A stretch of DNA of 64,000 nt from Clostridia bacterium (lineage in GTDB: Bacteria; Bacillota; Clostridia; TANB77; CAG-508): assembly GCA_900758165.1 (NCBI GenBank), contig CAAEQN010000114.1, forward strand, positions 9,809 through 73,808, written 5' to 3'. The notes under the pieces are model-generated. The model searched no databases, was not told the DNA's origin, and saw nothing but the letters and a program-made list of their open reading frames with translations. Position 1 is the first letter of the stretch, and each line of letters begins with the position of its first letter. Shown here one piece after another: positions 11,301 to 20,372 of the stretch. The position numbers and the translations under genes are program-made.

Positions 11301-11599
11301 TTATGCATCTTACATTTGATGGGAATAGTAATAATACATCAGATACAAACTGTGGTCAAACATATTTCTTCTTACAAGGGTACAGCCTTACAATGGGAGA
11401 AAGCATTGTAATGAAAAATTATAAGAATGCGGAATCTTATGAAGGGTTAATAAAAACAGAAAATACTAATAGTGTGAACGCACCAGCATTCCATATTTTG
11501 GGTGGATGGTTAAAATATAATAATTCATCTCTTCCTAGAAACAATGCTAAAATACTAATAAAAAGTGGAACTTACGCAAGAATAATACTTCGGAGGTAG
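8321..11599 (+). CDS. Giant beta-helix surface/adhesin-like protein, N-terminal segment (frame broken near 11585-11599)
   Basis: It has an N-terminal basic stretch plus a TM/signal anchor (IFILICLIMLVIFEIIAFRNSKA). The module GSGTKEDPYLIVNGDEFAYL...YFYLINDIDLNNNTWTPIG...FKGVFDGLGHTIGN is typical of large Firmicute beta-helix surface proteins (GLUG-type context). The ORF ends ...ARIILRR*, but the protein continues in the next frame. Confidence 0.8.
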   Translation: MEINTYKMKRIRKRKINLINKRSIFILICLIMLVIFEIIAFRNSKANKLVEITASIKDYDSKLETTQLNLTAANSGASGYYLILPEYINNKKVSEFFIESKNMHTINENQEEQSTEENLIEDNNQEELNATEDEQQAIQEQEGEVSKLPKETIYLTDEEVENKTINLSVRYSTCENEGQLLYEQIIQTQVDNDGDGNYDNTIKAEGFMPNNSKIVASLVNTEEMPPSIEEKITEKMTLKIAYDIKIISDGKEYEPYEFDKDIKISISGMQEINSDTQRYKVLHIENQNTIEEIKAVDVSKDTVTFNVNGFSTYAVLLEDNVSKASILSAKMQYALEWDGTVASKFRFGSGTKEDPYLIVNGDEFAYLSKSVNNGNSYEGKYFYLINDIDLNNNTWTPIGNHSNSFKGVFDGLGHTIGNGEINLPSSLPTTVESYGMFGSIGGGSSYSCIKNLQLDNITIKINATGETASNTNAKGYNIGIVTGTMFKNSQIKNVIVNNGEISIKSAIILTSNRITLNNNSSQAFIGGIAGYATNSATSDSDPGESSRYKIENCYSTTDIRTNFYPKQNKKVNAAQHGVGGIIGGIRNQPVWPQNCLYKGTITSEYAFVGPVFGQVRGGSSVSDTNKFSTVWNGYDAGNASMVANSYFYAYTANNSSFSTSVKSGTSSETRYSFFALMKEVQGVNKGLYLDSLDTMLNNFNNYVSNSKTEHFLTWNLTAGTDLFSFTPEIKLTDKEEKLKHTILVNGQENSQDYKYKWYIDGQLDTSRTQNNISPNWEKAFKAEVIVSNENAAALYTIANIPKYELDVEFNQNTAQGTLTANIVGTGTNDPNFNLEDYTFRWEAEDISSDEPIVREGNTTDFMTIEFSKNNIYTFTATNNKYPYMSVEGYYGGNRTVIFVDYNNGSDSNDGFTPQTAVKTFATAYGKFEKNRSREENIIVLMGNYTNIEYLNSEYNSTYQKDVTITGKYKGKDYNAVLAFQAANTYRYLNGNTTFMHLTFDGNSNNTSDTNCGQTYFFLQGYSLTMGESIVMKNYKNAESYEGLIKTENTNSVNAPAFHILGGWLKYNNSSLPRNNAKILIKSGTYARIILRR

Positions 11600-12158
11600 T
11601 TTAGGAAAGACTGGAGAATGGGGAATTGGTCAACTTGTATCAAAAGACTTTATAGGCTCTAATCTAACAAGTGATGTATACTCTCCAGAGTTAACAATAG
11701 ATATAAAAGAAAGTGCAACTAAAGATTACCCTTATGATATTAATCTAATATCTGGGGGTAGTACGTGTGGAAATATTTATGGAAATGTTAAAATAAATGT
11801 AAAAAATGGAAACATAGGACGTGTATTAGGTGCAAGTATAGGTGATACTATTACTGGAAATCTATTAGATGGAATGCTAGCGATAGTGGGAATGTGGAAC
11901 TATCCAAGAAATACTTTTATAGGATATACAACCATAAATATGTATGGTGGAAATGTAGCAGAAATATATGGAGGAAGTTTAGGTAGAAATATAAACGCTA
12001 TAAATAATGGATTCTGGGGATCTACATTAATGAGCGATTCGTATTTTTATGGAACTATAAATATAAACATATCTGGTGGAACAGTAAGCAAGAAAATATA
12101 TGGTGCAGGAGCAGGAGGAGTTTCACGGATACAGTGTAAATTCATCAGATACATATAA
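11586..12158 (+). pseudogene. Middle segment of the same giant gene in a +1-shifted frame (no start codon of its own)
   Basis: The frame is open from 11586 (YFGGSLGKTGEWGIGQL...) to the stop at 12156-12158. The track only shows 11874..12158 from the first Met. It contains the same IYGGS / ISGGT repeat motifs as the flanking segments. Confidence 0.7.
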
Positions 12159-13900
12159 AAATAAACCAGGGTTAATAAACAATGAATACAAAGATATAAA
12201 TACATCTGTAAATATAAATATATCTGGCGGAACAATTAAAGGAGATATATATGGAGGAGGATTTGGATATACAGAATATCTAACAATAGATACTACTCCG
12301 AAAGATGCAGGAGCTTTATATGGAAATAGTAATATAAACATATCTGGTTCTCCAACAATAAATGGTAACATTTATGCAGCAGGTAGAGGAGCTACAGGCA
12401 GTAGTTTAAGTAATTTGGCATCAAAAAAACCTGACCTTGCACAAGTTGAGGGAGATACCCATATAACAATATCAGGTACACCCAAAATAACAGGAGAAAT
12501 ATATGGTGGTGGAGAAGGAGTAAAGAACTACTCTAACATGGCCAAACTAACTGGTAATTCTTATATAACGATATCAGGGGATTTAAATACAAAATTATAT
12601 GGAGGCGGAAATATTGCCAAAACAAAAGGATTAACAATTATAACAATTACAGATGGAACACATACAAAAGATATATATGGTGGAGGTAATGTAGGAGAAG
12701 TCGAAGGTAAATCTTATATATATATAAAAGGCGGAAACTCTAATAATGTATATGGAGGAGGAAGCCAAATTGGAATAATAGACTCTAGCCAAAAACTTAA
12801 TGAAGGTGACTGTTCAACAAATATATTTGTGTCAGGAGGAAATACAACTAATATATATGGTGGTTCTAATATAAGTGGAAATGTTCCTACAAGCTATATA
12901 GAAACAACAGCAGGAACTGTAGAAAACATATATGGTGGGAATAATGCTGGTGGAACAACAATTACTCCAAAGATTGTAACAAATGGTGGAACTATAGAAA
13001 ACATATATGGTGGAGGCAACATGGCAGACACTCCAGAAAAGTCTAATATAACAATCAACAATGGAGAAATAACAAATGCATTTGGAGGGGCAAATAAAGC
13101 TAATGTACCAAATACTAATGTAGAAGTAAATGGAGGACAAATAAAAAATATATATGGCGGTTCAAATCAATCTGGAACAGTTAACCAAAGCAATATAAAT
13201 ATAAAAGGTGGAAATATAGACTCTGCTTATGGAGGAAATAATTTAGGAGGAACAACTACTAAAACAAAAGTCACAATATTTGAAAATAACGACATTGTAA
13301 ACAATGTATTTGGAGGAGGAAACCGTGCAACAACTGATTCCCCACAAGTAATAGTAAATGGAAATGTTAAGAATAGTGTTTTTGGTGGTGGAAACCAAGC
13401 AGATATTACTACTAATACAAATGTAGAAATAGGAAAAGCAACTATTGGAGGAAATGTATATGGTGGTGGAAATGAAGGAGGAGTACTAGGAAATACTTAT
13501 GTACATATAAAAGACTCTAATATTTCTGGTTCAGCTTATGCAGGAGGCAATGGTGTAAATGCAACAGTAAATAAAAACGCTAAAATAAATATAGACGGCA
13601 CAACTACAAATATAACAAAAAGTGTATTTGGAGGAGGAAACCAGGCAAAAACAGGTTCTCAAGATAGCAATGATTCTAACAGTATAGTAAATATTGTTGG
13701 TGCAACTATTGGAGGAAATGTATATGGTGGAGCAAATACATCAAAAGTCTATGGAAAAACATACACAAATATAGGGTATAATACAGTTAAAGATTCAACA
13801 ATAAATCAGAATTATAATGATGCAGAAGATTCATCTCTTGAAATAGGAAATATAATAATTAATGGTACAGTATTTGGAGGAGGAGAAGCAAATGCTTCTG
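11930..13900 (+). repeat. Imperfect tandem coding repeats (about 20-25 codons each) encoding (V/I)(Y/F)GGGN beta-helix coils
   Basis: The protein-level motifs IYGGS, IYGGG, VYGGG, AFGGAN, VFGGGN and VYGGAN recur regularly across the second frame shift. Confidence 0.75.
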
Positions 13901-16656
13901 GTTCAGAAATTTACGACTTTGAATATATAAGTGTTACCAAAGGTATATTAATAAATATAAATGCAAAAGAACATGCCGAATTTCATATAAAAGGTAGCAT
14001 CTTTGGGTCTGGTAATGCATCAAGTTCACAAGGTGAAAGTATTATAAAGATAAAAGATTATGGTAGTGTATATGAACCACAGGATAATATATCTATACAA
14101 AGAGCAGATGTAGTTACTATAGACAATTCAGCCATTTACTTATCTGGTACAACAGATAGAACAAATGAATTATCAACTATGAAGTATTCTTTAAGTAGAA
14201 TAGATGATTTAAAATTAAAGAACAACTCAATATTATATTTGAGTTATGGAGCTAACTTATTAAAAAAATACGAAAGTTTAGTAGGCGAAGATGGAAAAGA
14301 AGAGAAAGCTACAGTAACTATAGATGAAGAGACTGGAAAAATAACTCAAACAAATGTAGACAATAGAATTTACATGGCAGAAGGTAGAAATCTAATTATT
14401 GCAAACAAAGAAAGACCAATGACAGGAGACTATGGTGAAGTATATGGTATGACATTTTTCGGAATGTTTACAAATTTTATGAATCCTAGTACTAGTACAG
14501 GTATATATAATAAAGAATATAAAAACGGAGATCAAATTATAAATGAAGGTACAGTTTCTTCAAATTCTTATGTAATGGCAAAGAATAAAGAAAATCATGA
14601 TCTTACACAAGATGGATTTTATTCAAATTTTGAAGATGAAGAAAATGAAAAACATATAAAAATAAAATTGATAGATGCAGAATTAATAGATCCTACTTGT
14701 TATATGTGGTTAATAGGTAAAGAACTAGAGGTTACTACTTTTGAAGTGTCACTAATTGCTTCTAAATATGCAACACTTGGAACTTATGAGTTAGCACTTA
14801 TGGGATTTTCAACACCAAATACAAAGTTCTTATTAACAGGATTTTCTGCTGGGCTTGCAGAAGGTATAGAACTTATAGAGCCAAATTTAATAAATATGAT
14901 TGAACCTGATCAAGAAACTGCAGATAATAAATTTGGATTATCTATGAAAACAGGAAATACTGGATGGACAACAAAAGGTAGTACAACATTTATAACACAA
15001 AATGGTGGAACATATATGGGAACAACAGCTTATAATAACGAGAATGCAGAAAGTGTACCGACTTTAAATTTGTGCTTATATCATTCAGAGAATATATCTG
15101 TTGCAAAACCGCTTGGAAGTACAAAAATAAGGCTTCAAGCGCAGATTCCAGTAGATGAATTAAATTATCAATTTGCATATATAGACATAGATATAACTTT
15201 AGAAACAAAATTGTATCAAGATAATAGTTATGAAGCGGCAATATCACCAGGACAAGAATTTAATTTGTTTGCAACAACGGAAACAAATATTACAGATTCA
15301 AGTGCATTCTCTACATATTATTCACTATTTATACAGAATTTTGTTAATAATAACGAAGAAAAAGAAAATAAAATTAATAGTCAAGACTATTTTAATACTT
15401 ATAAACACGCTTTAGAATCAAGAAATTCAAAAGGAGAGGCTTTTGCATTTCCAAAAAACACAAAAATCACTTTAATAGATATGGTTACACACAAATACTA
15501 TTATTATGTTGTAACAGAAGATGATGAAACAAACAAAAAGAACGTATATAAATTAGAAGATTTTGTGGCGATGGGAAGTGATAATAGCTACTATAACGAA
15601 CGAGAAAATTGTCAAAAGTATTATAATACAGACCAAGATATATTATATGAAAGCTTCATATTCCAAGTAAATTTTGAAGAAAGCAATATAGCATCAGATA
15701 TAAAAAATAATACACTACTAATGGAAATAAGAGATGAAGATGAAGAAACATTAATAAGCGTACTTGGTAGTCAAAGGGATACGTTAGTTTATAGTGTTTA
15801 TAAAGATAAAGATGCTACAATTAAAGTATCTGCAAGCACAAATAAAGATGTAGTATATTTAGGAGACAATTTTACACTTTCTATTGCAACAGATTTTAAG
15901 CAAAATAGAATAAATTCAAAAACTGTATATGATACACATTTCTTTGATAATAAAATGGGAGTAAAAATTTCTATATTTGACAGTCAAGGAAACAGACTTA
16001 ACAGTGATTCTTTATTAGGTGTATCTTTTAGTCTGGATAATGTAAAATATTATCCAAGAATTGATGGAACAGTAAGAATAAATACTGCGGACAAAGTATC
16101 AAATGTACTTTCAAGAATTGTGATAGATACAGCAGATAATACAGTTTTAGCTACAGGAGATTATACAATAAAGATAGAAAGTTTTGGCTCACCAGATGGT
16201 ATTTATTATGGAATTAAATCATCAGATACAGCAGAAGTAAAAATTACAATAATAGAATCAAGTTATGGATTAAAAGTATATACAGATGATAATTCAAAAA
16301 TAATAAATAAAGATACAGGACACACTCAAGATAATAGTAGTTTGTTAACAGCAAACATAGAATATTCATCAGGATTAGAAAATCCTAGTATAGCAGTAGC
16401 ACTATATAGGCGAGACTATTCAAATACATATTCTCAAAACTATGAACTAGTGGACTTATCGGATTATTTATCTATATCATTAACACCAACAAAGAATGAT
16501 AAAGAGTATTTAATAACTAATACTCCACAAGCGACGATGAAATTCTTCTTTAATATAGGAACAGATTTAGTTACAGGAACATATAAATTAGCTTTTAAAT
16601 TATATGACAATGGAGAGTATATAGGAGAAACCTATGAATACTTAATAATAAAATAA
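12100..16656 (+). CDS. Giant beta-helix surface/adhesin-like protein, C-terminal segment (continuation after a second +1 shift near 12126)
   Basis: 1518-aa ORF. It has more than 20 repeats of the x-I-x-I-x-GG-x-I-x-N-IYGGGN type, followed by about 900 aa of non-repetitive, probably Ig/beta-sandwich-like sequence. I saw no LPXTG, SLH or choline-binding motif at the C-terminus. Confidence 0.8.
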   Translation: MVQEQEEFHGYSVNSSDTYKNKPGLINNEYKDINTSVNINISGGTIKGDIYGGGFGYTEYLTIDTTPKDAGALYGNSNINISGSPTINGNIYAAGRGATGSSLSNLASKKPDLAQVEGDTHITISGTPKITGEIYGGGEGVKNYSNMAKLTGNSYITISGDLNTKLYGGGNIAKTKGLTIITITDGTHTKDIYGGGNVGEVEGKSYIYIKGGNSNNVYGGGSQIGIIDSSQKLNEGDCSTNIFVSGGNTTNIYGGSNISGNVPTSYIETTAGTVENIYGGNNAGGTTITPKIVTNGGTIENIYGGGNMADTPEKSNITINNGEITNAFGGANKANVPNTNVEVNGGQIKNIYGGSNQSGTVNQSNINIKGGNIDSAYGGNNLGGTTTKTKVTIFENNDIVNNVFGGGNRATTDSPQVIVNGNVKNSVFGGGNQADITTNTNVEIGKATIGGNVYGGGNEGGVLGNTYVHIKDSNISGSAYAGGNGVNATVNKNAKINIDGTTTNITKSVFGGGNQAKTGSQDSNDSNSIVNIVGATIGGNVYGGANTSKVYGKTYTNIGYNTVKDSTINQNYNDAEDSSLEIGNIIINGTVFGGGEANASGSEIYDFEYISVTKGILININAKEHAEFHIKGSIFGSGNASSSQGESIIKIKDYGSVYEPQDNISIQRADVVTIDNSAIYLSGTTDRTNELSTMKYSLSRIDDLKLKNNSILYLSYGANLLKKYESLVGEDGKEEKATVTIDEETGKITQTNVDNRIYMAEGRNLIIANKERPMTGDYGEVYGMTFFGMFTNFMNPSTSTGIYNKEYKNGDQIINEGTVSSNSYVMAKNKENHDLTQDGFYSNFEDEENEKHIKIKLIDAELIDPTCYMWLIGKELEVTTFEVSLIASKYATLGTYELALMGFSTPNTKFLLTGFSAGLAEGIELIEPNLINMIEPDQETADNKFGLSMKTGNTGWTTKGSTTFITQNGGTYMGTTAYNNENAESVPTLNLCLYHSENISVAKPLGSTKIRLQAQIPVDELNYQFAYIDIDITLETKLYQDNSYEAAISPGQEFNLFATTETNITDSSAFSTYYSLFIQNFVNNNEEKENKINSQDYFNTYKHALESRNSKGEAFAFPKNTKITLIDMVTHKYYYYVVTEDDETNKKNVYKLEDFVAMGSDNSYYNERENCQKYYNTDQDILYESFIFQVNFEESNIASDIKNNTLLMEIRDEDEETLISVLGSQRDTLVYSVYKDKDATIKVSASTNKDVVYLGDNFTLSIATDFKQNRINSKTVYDTHFFDNKMGVKISIFDSQGNRLNSDSLLGVSFSLDNVKYYPRIDGTVRINTADKVSNVLSRIVIDTADNTVLATGDYTIKIESFGSPDGIYYGIKSSDTAEVKITIIESSYGLKVYTDDNSKIINKDTGHTQDNSSLLTANIEYSSGLENPSIAVALYRRDYSNTYSQNYELVDLSDYLSISLTPTKNDKEYLITNTPQATMKFFFNIGTDLVTGTYKLAFKLYDNGEYIGETYEYLIIK

Positions 16657-16687
16657 AATTTATAGATATAAAACGAAAGGATAACAA

Positions 16688-17269
16688 ATGAAATACGACA
16701 TAGATTCAATAAAAAAGAGAAAAGAAATAAATAACAGAATAAAGAAAACTGTATTCATATTTATAATAATATTGTTGTATAATATTGTTTTATTGTACAT
16801 GTCTTATATAGATAAATTTGATACTCCTAGTTTTTATATCTATAAAGCCTATATTATATCAACAGAAAGTATGCAACCAACATTAAAAAAAGGTGATGTA
16901 ATAGTTATAAAAAAGGTAGATAAAAAAGATTTAAGAATAGATGACATTATTACTTTTAAAGTAAAAGGAGAAGTAATTACACATAGAATAGTTGAAATAG
17001 ATGAAGTTAATGGAACATATAAAACCAAGGGAGATAACAATAATATTATAGATGATGTAAATTTACTTTTTGAAGACATAGAGGGAAAAGAAATTATAAA
17101 AATACCACATTTAGGAAATATAGTTTCTGGACTAAAAAATGGAATAATAATAATACTTACAATATTGATATGTCTAATTATTTATTTAAACAAAATGGAA
17201 ATGAAAGAAAAGAGTAATGCTAGGAGAGAAAAAAAGAAAATTGAAGACCAAAAATTTATTGGAAAATAA
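16688..17269 (+). CDS. SipW-type (ER/archaeal-type, S26B) signal peptidase I, catalytic residues present
   Basis: 193 aa with an N-terminal TM. The motifs STESMQPTLKKGDVIVI (Ser), ITHRIVEI (His) and KTKGDNNNIIDD are present, followed by a C-terminal TM and basic tail. This is the SipW architecture. Confidence 0.85.
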   Translation: MKYDIDSIKKRKEINNRIKKTVFIFIIILLYNIVLLYMSYIDKFDTPSFYIYKAYIISTESMQPTLKKGDVIVIKKVDKKDLRIDDIITFKVKGEVITHRIVEIDEVNGTYKTKGDNNNIIDDVNLLFEDIEGKEIIKIPHLGNIVSGLKNGIIIILTILICLIIYLNKMEMKEKSNARREKKKIEDQKFIGK

Positions 17270-17813
17270 AAAAATTTTAAATATATTGAAATATATAGGA
17301 TTAGCATTATTTATTTGCTTAATAATATATAATTGTTTATATATTTTGAATAAGGAATTTAAAAAAAGAGAATATGTTAAAATTTTTAATATATATATAT
17401 CTACCCAAAAAGACAATCTTATGGAACCCGAAATATATAAAAATAGCTTATTAATTAGTTACAAAACAACAGAAAAAGATATAGATGCAAATAAGATTAT
17501 AGGATATGATTCTATAAATACAAACGCAAATATGTATATAAAATATTCTAGAATACAGAAGATAAAAAGCAATAATGGAAAAATTACATATATAACTAAA
17601 TTAGATAAAAATTACCATAATGACATTGAAGAGAAAAGCATAGAACAGTTAAAGTATAAGATAATAGTAAAATTGCCTATAATAGGATTTTTATTTAGAA
17701 TATTCGAGAGTAAAATTACTACAGTAATTGTTACAGTATTTTTTATACTAATTTTAAAGAGAAAATTATATAAAGAAAAAATGAGCTTTAAAAGAAAGCA
17801 AATAAGAAAATAA
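17217..17813 (+). CDS. SipW-like membrane protein lacking the catalytic Ser/His (pseudo-peptidase); start uncertain
   Basis: It has the same N-TM / C-TM architecture. The motif positions read LMEPEIYKNSLLISY (Ser replaced by Leu), KYSRIQKI (His replaced by Ser) and TKLDKNYHND. The ATG at 17217 overlaps the previous gene by 53 nt, and an in-frame TTG at 17259 is an alternative start. Confidence 0.55.
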   Translation: MLGEKKRKLKTKNLLENKKILNILKYIGLALFICLIIYNCLYILNKEFKKREYVKIFNIYISTQKDNLMEPEIYKNSLLISYKTTEKDIDANKIIGYDSINTNANMYIKYSRIQKIKSNNGKITYITKLDKNYHNDIEEKSIEQLKYKIIVKLPIIGFLFRIFESKITTVIVTVFFILILKRKLYKEKMSFKRKQIRK

Positions 17814-17831
17814 AAAGAGAATAAGGATATA

Positions 17832-18818
17832 TTATTCTACAGAAGACATTATATCCTTATTTTTGCTTTTTTTTATTACTGCAGGTAATACTTCATATAC
17901 AATTTTGAAGAAATGAAAATCTTCTAGTTCATTAAATTCTAAACAAGAAAGATATACATCTAATTCATTTAAGTTTTTACATGCTGTTATAATTGCAGGG
18001 TGCAAATTATAATTTGTAAGCAATTCGGTTGCTAAACCTAAAGCCTCTTTTTTAGTTCCATGCTCCTTATTTATTACTAACTTATATGCTTCTTTAAACC
18101 TAGAAACAGCTGAAAGTTGGTAGTTTTTTAAAGGAATTGTATATTTAGATAATATAACATCTGATAAAGATGTATATTTATCTGGTTCATTACGTAAAAT
18201 CTTTTTTAATTCGGAAATTTTGTAAGGCAATGTTACTAAACCAGTAACTTCCGAAATAATTAAGGTGTTTTCAACTAAAGAAACAGAATCTTTAGTTTTT
18301 TTAGAAGATGATTTTTTTGTGTTAACATCTTTATTTTTGTCAATTAGAGAATCTGCTAAACTTTCTACATTTTCCATATTATCTATAGAGATATATTCGG
18401 AAATATCAATTGTTGACATTGAGTGAATAAATTTCTCTATTTCAGAAGTATTTTTAAAAATTTCTGTAGTAGATGCTACAAACTTTTTATTGTATTGAGT
18501 TATCTTACTAACAGTTGTACTATATTCAATAGAGGGACAATTAAATTTTATATTATCTAATATATCTAACAAATTATTATATAAAGAAATATTTGAATTT
18601 ACTTTAGATAAATAGTAACTTGCATCAGATATAAATTTATTTATTGCATCAGAAAAAATAGAATCAACTTCTACATTACCAATAAAGCTCTTTAAAAAAG
18701 TTAAAATTTGCTTACTAAATGTTTTTTGCGAATTTAAAGAAGCATTTATTGAAGTTATTTCTATATTTATTAATTTTGTTACATTAGTTTTATTTGTTTT
18801 TGAATTTAATTTAATCAT
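17832..18818 (-). CDS. Hypothetical cytoplasmic protein (minus-strand gene between the two plus-strand operons of the island)
   Basis: 328-aa ORF with RBS GGAGGAAAC upstream on the minus strand (rc of gtttcctcc at 18820-18828). It has no TM segment and no recognised domain. Confidence 0.6.
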   Translation of the reverse strand: MIKLNSKTNKTNVTKLINIEITSINASLNSQKTFSKQILTFLKSFIGNVEVDSIFSDAINKFISDASYYLSKVNSNISLYNNLLDILDNIKFNCPSIEYSTTVSKITQYNKKFVASTTEIFKNTSEIEKFIHSMSTIDISEYISIDNMENVESLADSLIDKNKDVNTKKSSSKKTKDSVSLVENTLIISEVTGLVTLPYKISELKKILRNEPDKYTSLSDVILSKYTIPLKNYQLSAVSRFKEAYKLVINKEHGTKKEALGLATELLTNYNLHPAIITACKNLNELDVYLSCLEFNELEDFHFFKIVYEVLPAVIKKSKNKDIMSSVE

Positions 18819-19134
18819 TTGTTTCCTCCAAATAATATTATAAACATATTTGAAAAAAATATCAATAAAAATTTATATAAATTGTAAATTTTAAATAAAA
18901 TATATAATTAATTATATATTTGGGAATAATTATAAAAAGTATTTAAGAAACAAGAGAACATAAAGATAAATAAAAACACTAAATACATCATAAAATTTTT
19001 ATAAATATATATAAGTGAAAAAATATATACTAAAAATATCAAAAAATATTGAAAAAAAATAAACTGTATGATATATTTATAAAAAATAATACAGTTTTTT
19101 TGTCGATAAAACAAATTGACATTAGGAGGAAAAA

Positions 19135-19671
19135 ATGAAAAGAGTAATTGGAAATATACTCATAACAATTTATGCAGTAATAGCAGTTTTTACAACAGTA
19201 TGCTTATTATCTTATAATGAGTACAAAATAAGTGAATTTGGGGATAATTCAATAATTTTAGTTACAAATGAAGAATTGGAACCAGATTTTCATAAAGGGG
19301 ATTTAGTAATAGTAAATTCTAAAAACAAGAATAAGACTAATATAGGAGAAAAAGTATTCTTCTATAATTCTCATGACAAAAAAGTAGATGTATCAGTAGC
19401 AAAAGTAACAAACAAACAAGTAATAACATCAACAGAAACAACATTTACATTAGAAGGAGATTATGACATTTCAAGTCAATATGTTATAGGACAAGCAAAT
19501 GGAGTTAAAGTTATATCAAAAGTTGGAGGAGTATTAAGTGTTATAGAATCTAAATGGGGATTTTTATTCTTAATAGTATTCCCTTCATTAATAGCATTTA
19601 TATATGAGATAACAGTCGTCTTTAGTGAAATAAAAGAAAGCAAAAAAGAAGACAAAAAAGATTCAAAATAA
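19135..19671 (+). CDS. SipW-like membrane protein lacking catalytic Ser/His (pseudo-peptidase)
   Basis: 178 aa with RBS AGGAGGA. It has N- and C-terminal TM segments like SipW, but the SMEP box reads NEELEPDFHKGDLVIV and the THR box reads VAKVTN. The GD box is retained as LEGDYD. Confidence 0.6.
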   Translation: MKRVIGNILITIYAVIAVFTTVCLLSYNEYKISEFGDNSIILVTNEELEPDFHKGDLVIVNSKNKNKTNIGEKVFFYNSHDKKVDVSVAKVTNKQVITSTETTFTLEGDYDISSQYVIGQANGVKVISKVGGVLSVIESKWGFLFLIVFPSLIAFIYEITVVFSEIKESKKEDKKDSK

Positions 19672-19681
19672 GGTAATATAA

Positions 19682-20335
19682 ATGAATAAAAAAATAATAA
19701 AAAAAATCCTAATTATAGCAATATTATTTATGATTTTATTAATGGCATATAAATTAATTAATACGTATGCCGTTTTTTATAGTGAAGCACAAGCAAAAGT
19801 TAAGCAAGAAAATGCAACCTGGACTATATATGTTAATAATACAAATATATCTTCACAAAATAGTAATCAATTTAATGTAGATACATTTGAAATAGAAGAC
19901 AATACACATGTAGCTCCAGGTAAAATTGCACCAAATACTAAAGGAAAATTTTATATAGTAATAGACCCAAAGGAAACTGATGTATCTGTAAAATATGATA
20001 TTAAATTAGATAAATCTCAATTAATCAACGACAAAATAGAAATAAGTTCAATTGCAATAGACGGAGAAAACACATTAATAAAAACAGGAGAAGATACTTA
20101 CACAGGAGTTATTATGCTAGACTCAATAAAGCAAGGTAGAGTGGACAAAATAAAGGTTACATTAGAGTGGGAAAACGATGAATCAAATAATGAAAACGAC
20201 ACTAAAATCGGAAGATATGTAAATTATAAAATGAAAATTCCAATTGAAGTTAAAGCTACTCAATATTTGGGAGAAAAGATAGAAGAATATATACCAAATG
20301 AAAATACAAATACACAAACAAATACAAATGAATAA
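19682..20335 (+). CDS. Secreted TasA/camelysin-like protein with SipW-type signal peptide
   Basis: 217 aa. The signal peptide ends ...LINTYAVFYSEAQA (compare the TasA/CalY T-x-A-x-F-x-D region). It is a clear paralogue of the 27471..28070 gene: ATWTIYVNNTNIS / SRWNITVNNASIK and APGKIAPNTKGKFYIVI / ASGVIAPTAEGYFDLNF. Confidence 0.65.
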   Translation: MNKKIIKKILIIAILFMILLMAYKLINTYAVFYSEAQAKVKQENATWTIYVNNTNISSQNSNQFNVDTFEIEDNTHVAPGKIAPNTKGKFYIVIDPKETDVSVKYDIKLDKSQLINDKIEISSIAIDGENTLIKTGEDTYTGVIMLDSIKQGRVDKIKVTLEWENDESNNENDTKIGRYVNYKMKIPIEVKATQYLGEKIEEYIPNENTNTQTNTNE

Positions 20336-20372
20336 TTGAAAAAATGTCCAATTAGGAGAAATTTATAAATAA

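Noticed and set aside
12832-13140. Minus-strand and alternative-frame ORFs inside the giant gene (12047..12235, 12123..12371, 12832..13140, 14990..15247, 15230..15415)
   Set aside because: They overlap a long ORF with coherent repeat structure. Their C/I/S/Y-rich sequences are the antisense reading of the GGN/AAT repeat codons.
18908-19114. 68-aa minus-strand ORF in the divergent intergenic region
   Set aside because: It has no RBS and an extreme F/I/Y/N composition. The region is better explained as promoter/control DNA for the flanking divergent genes.
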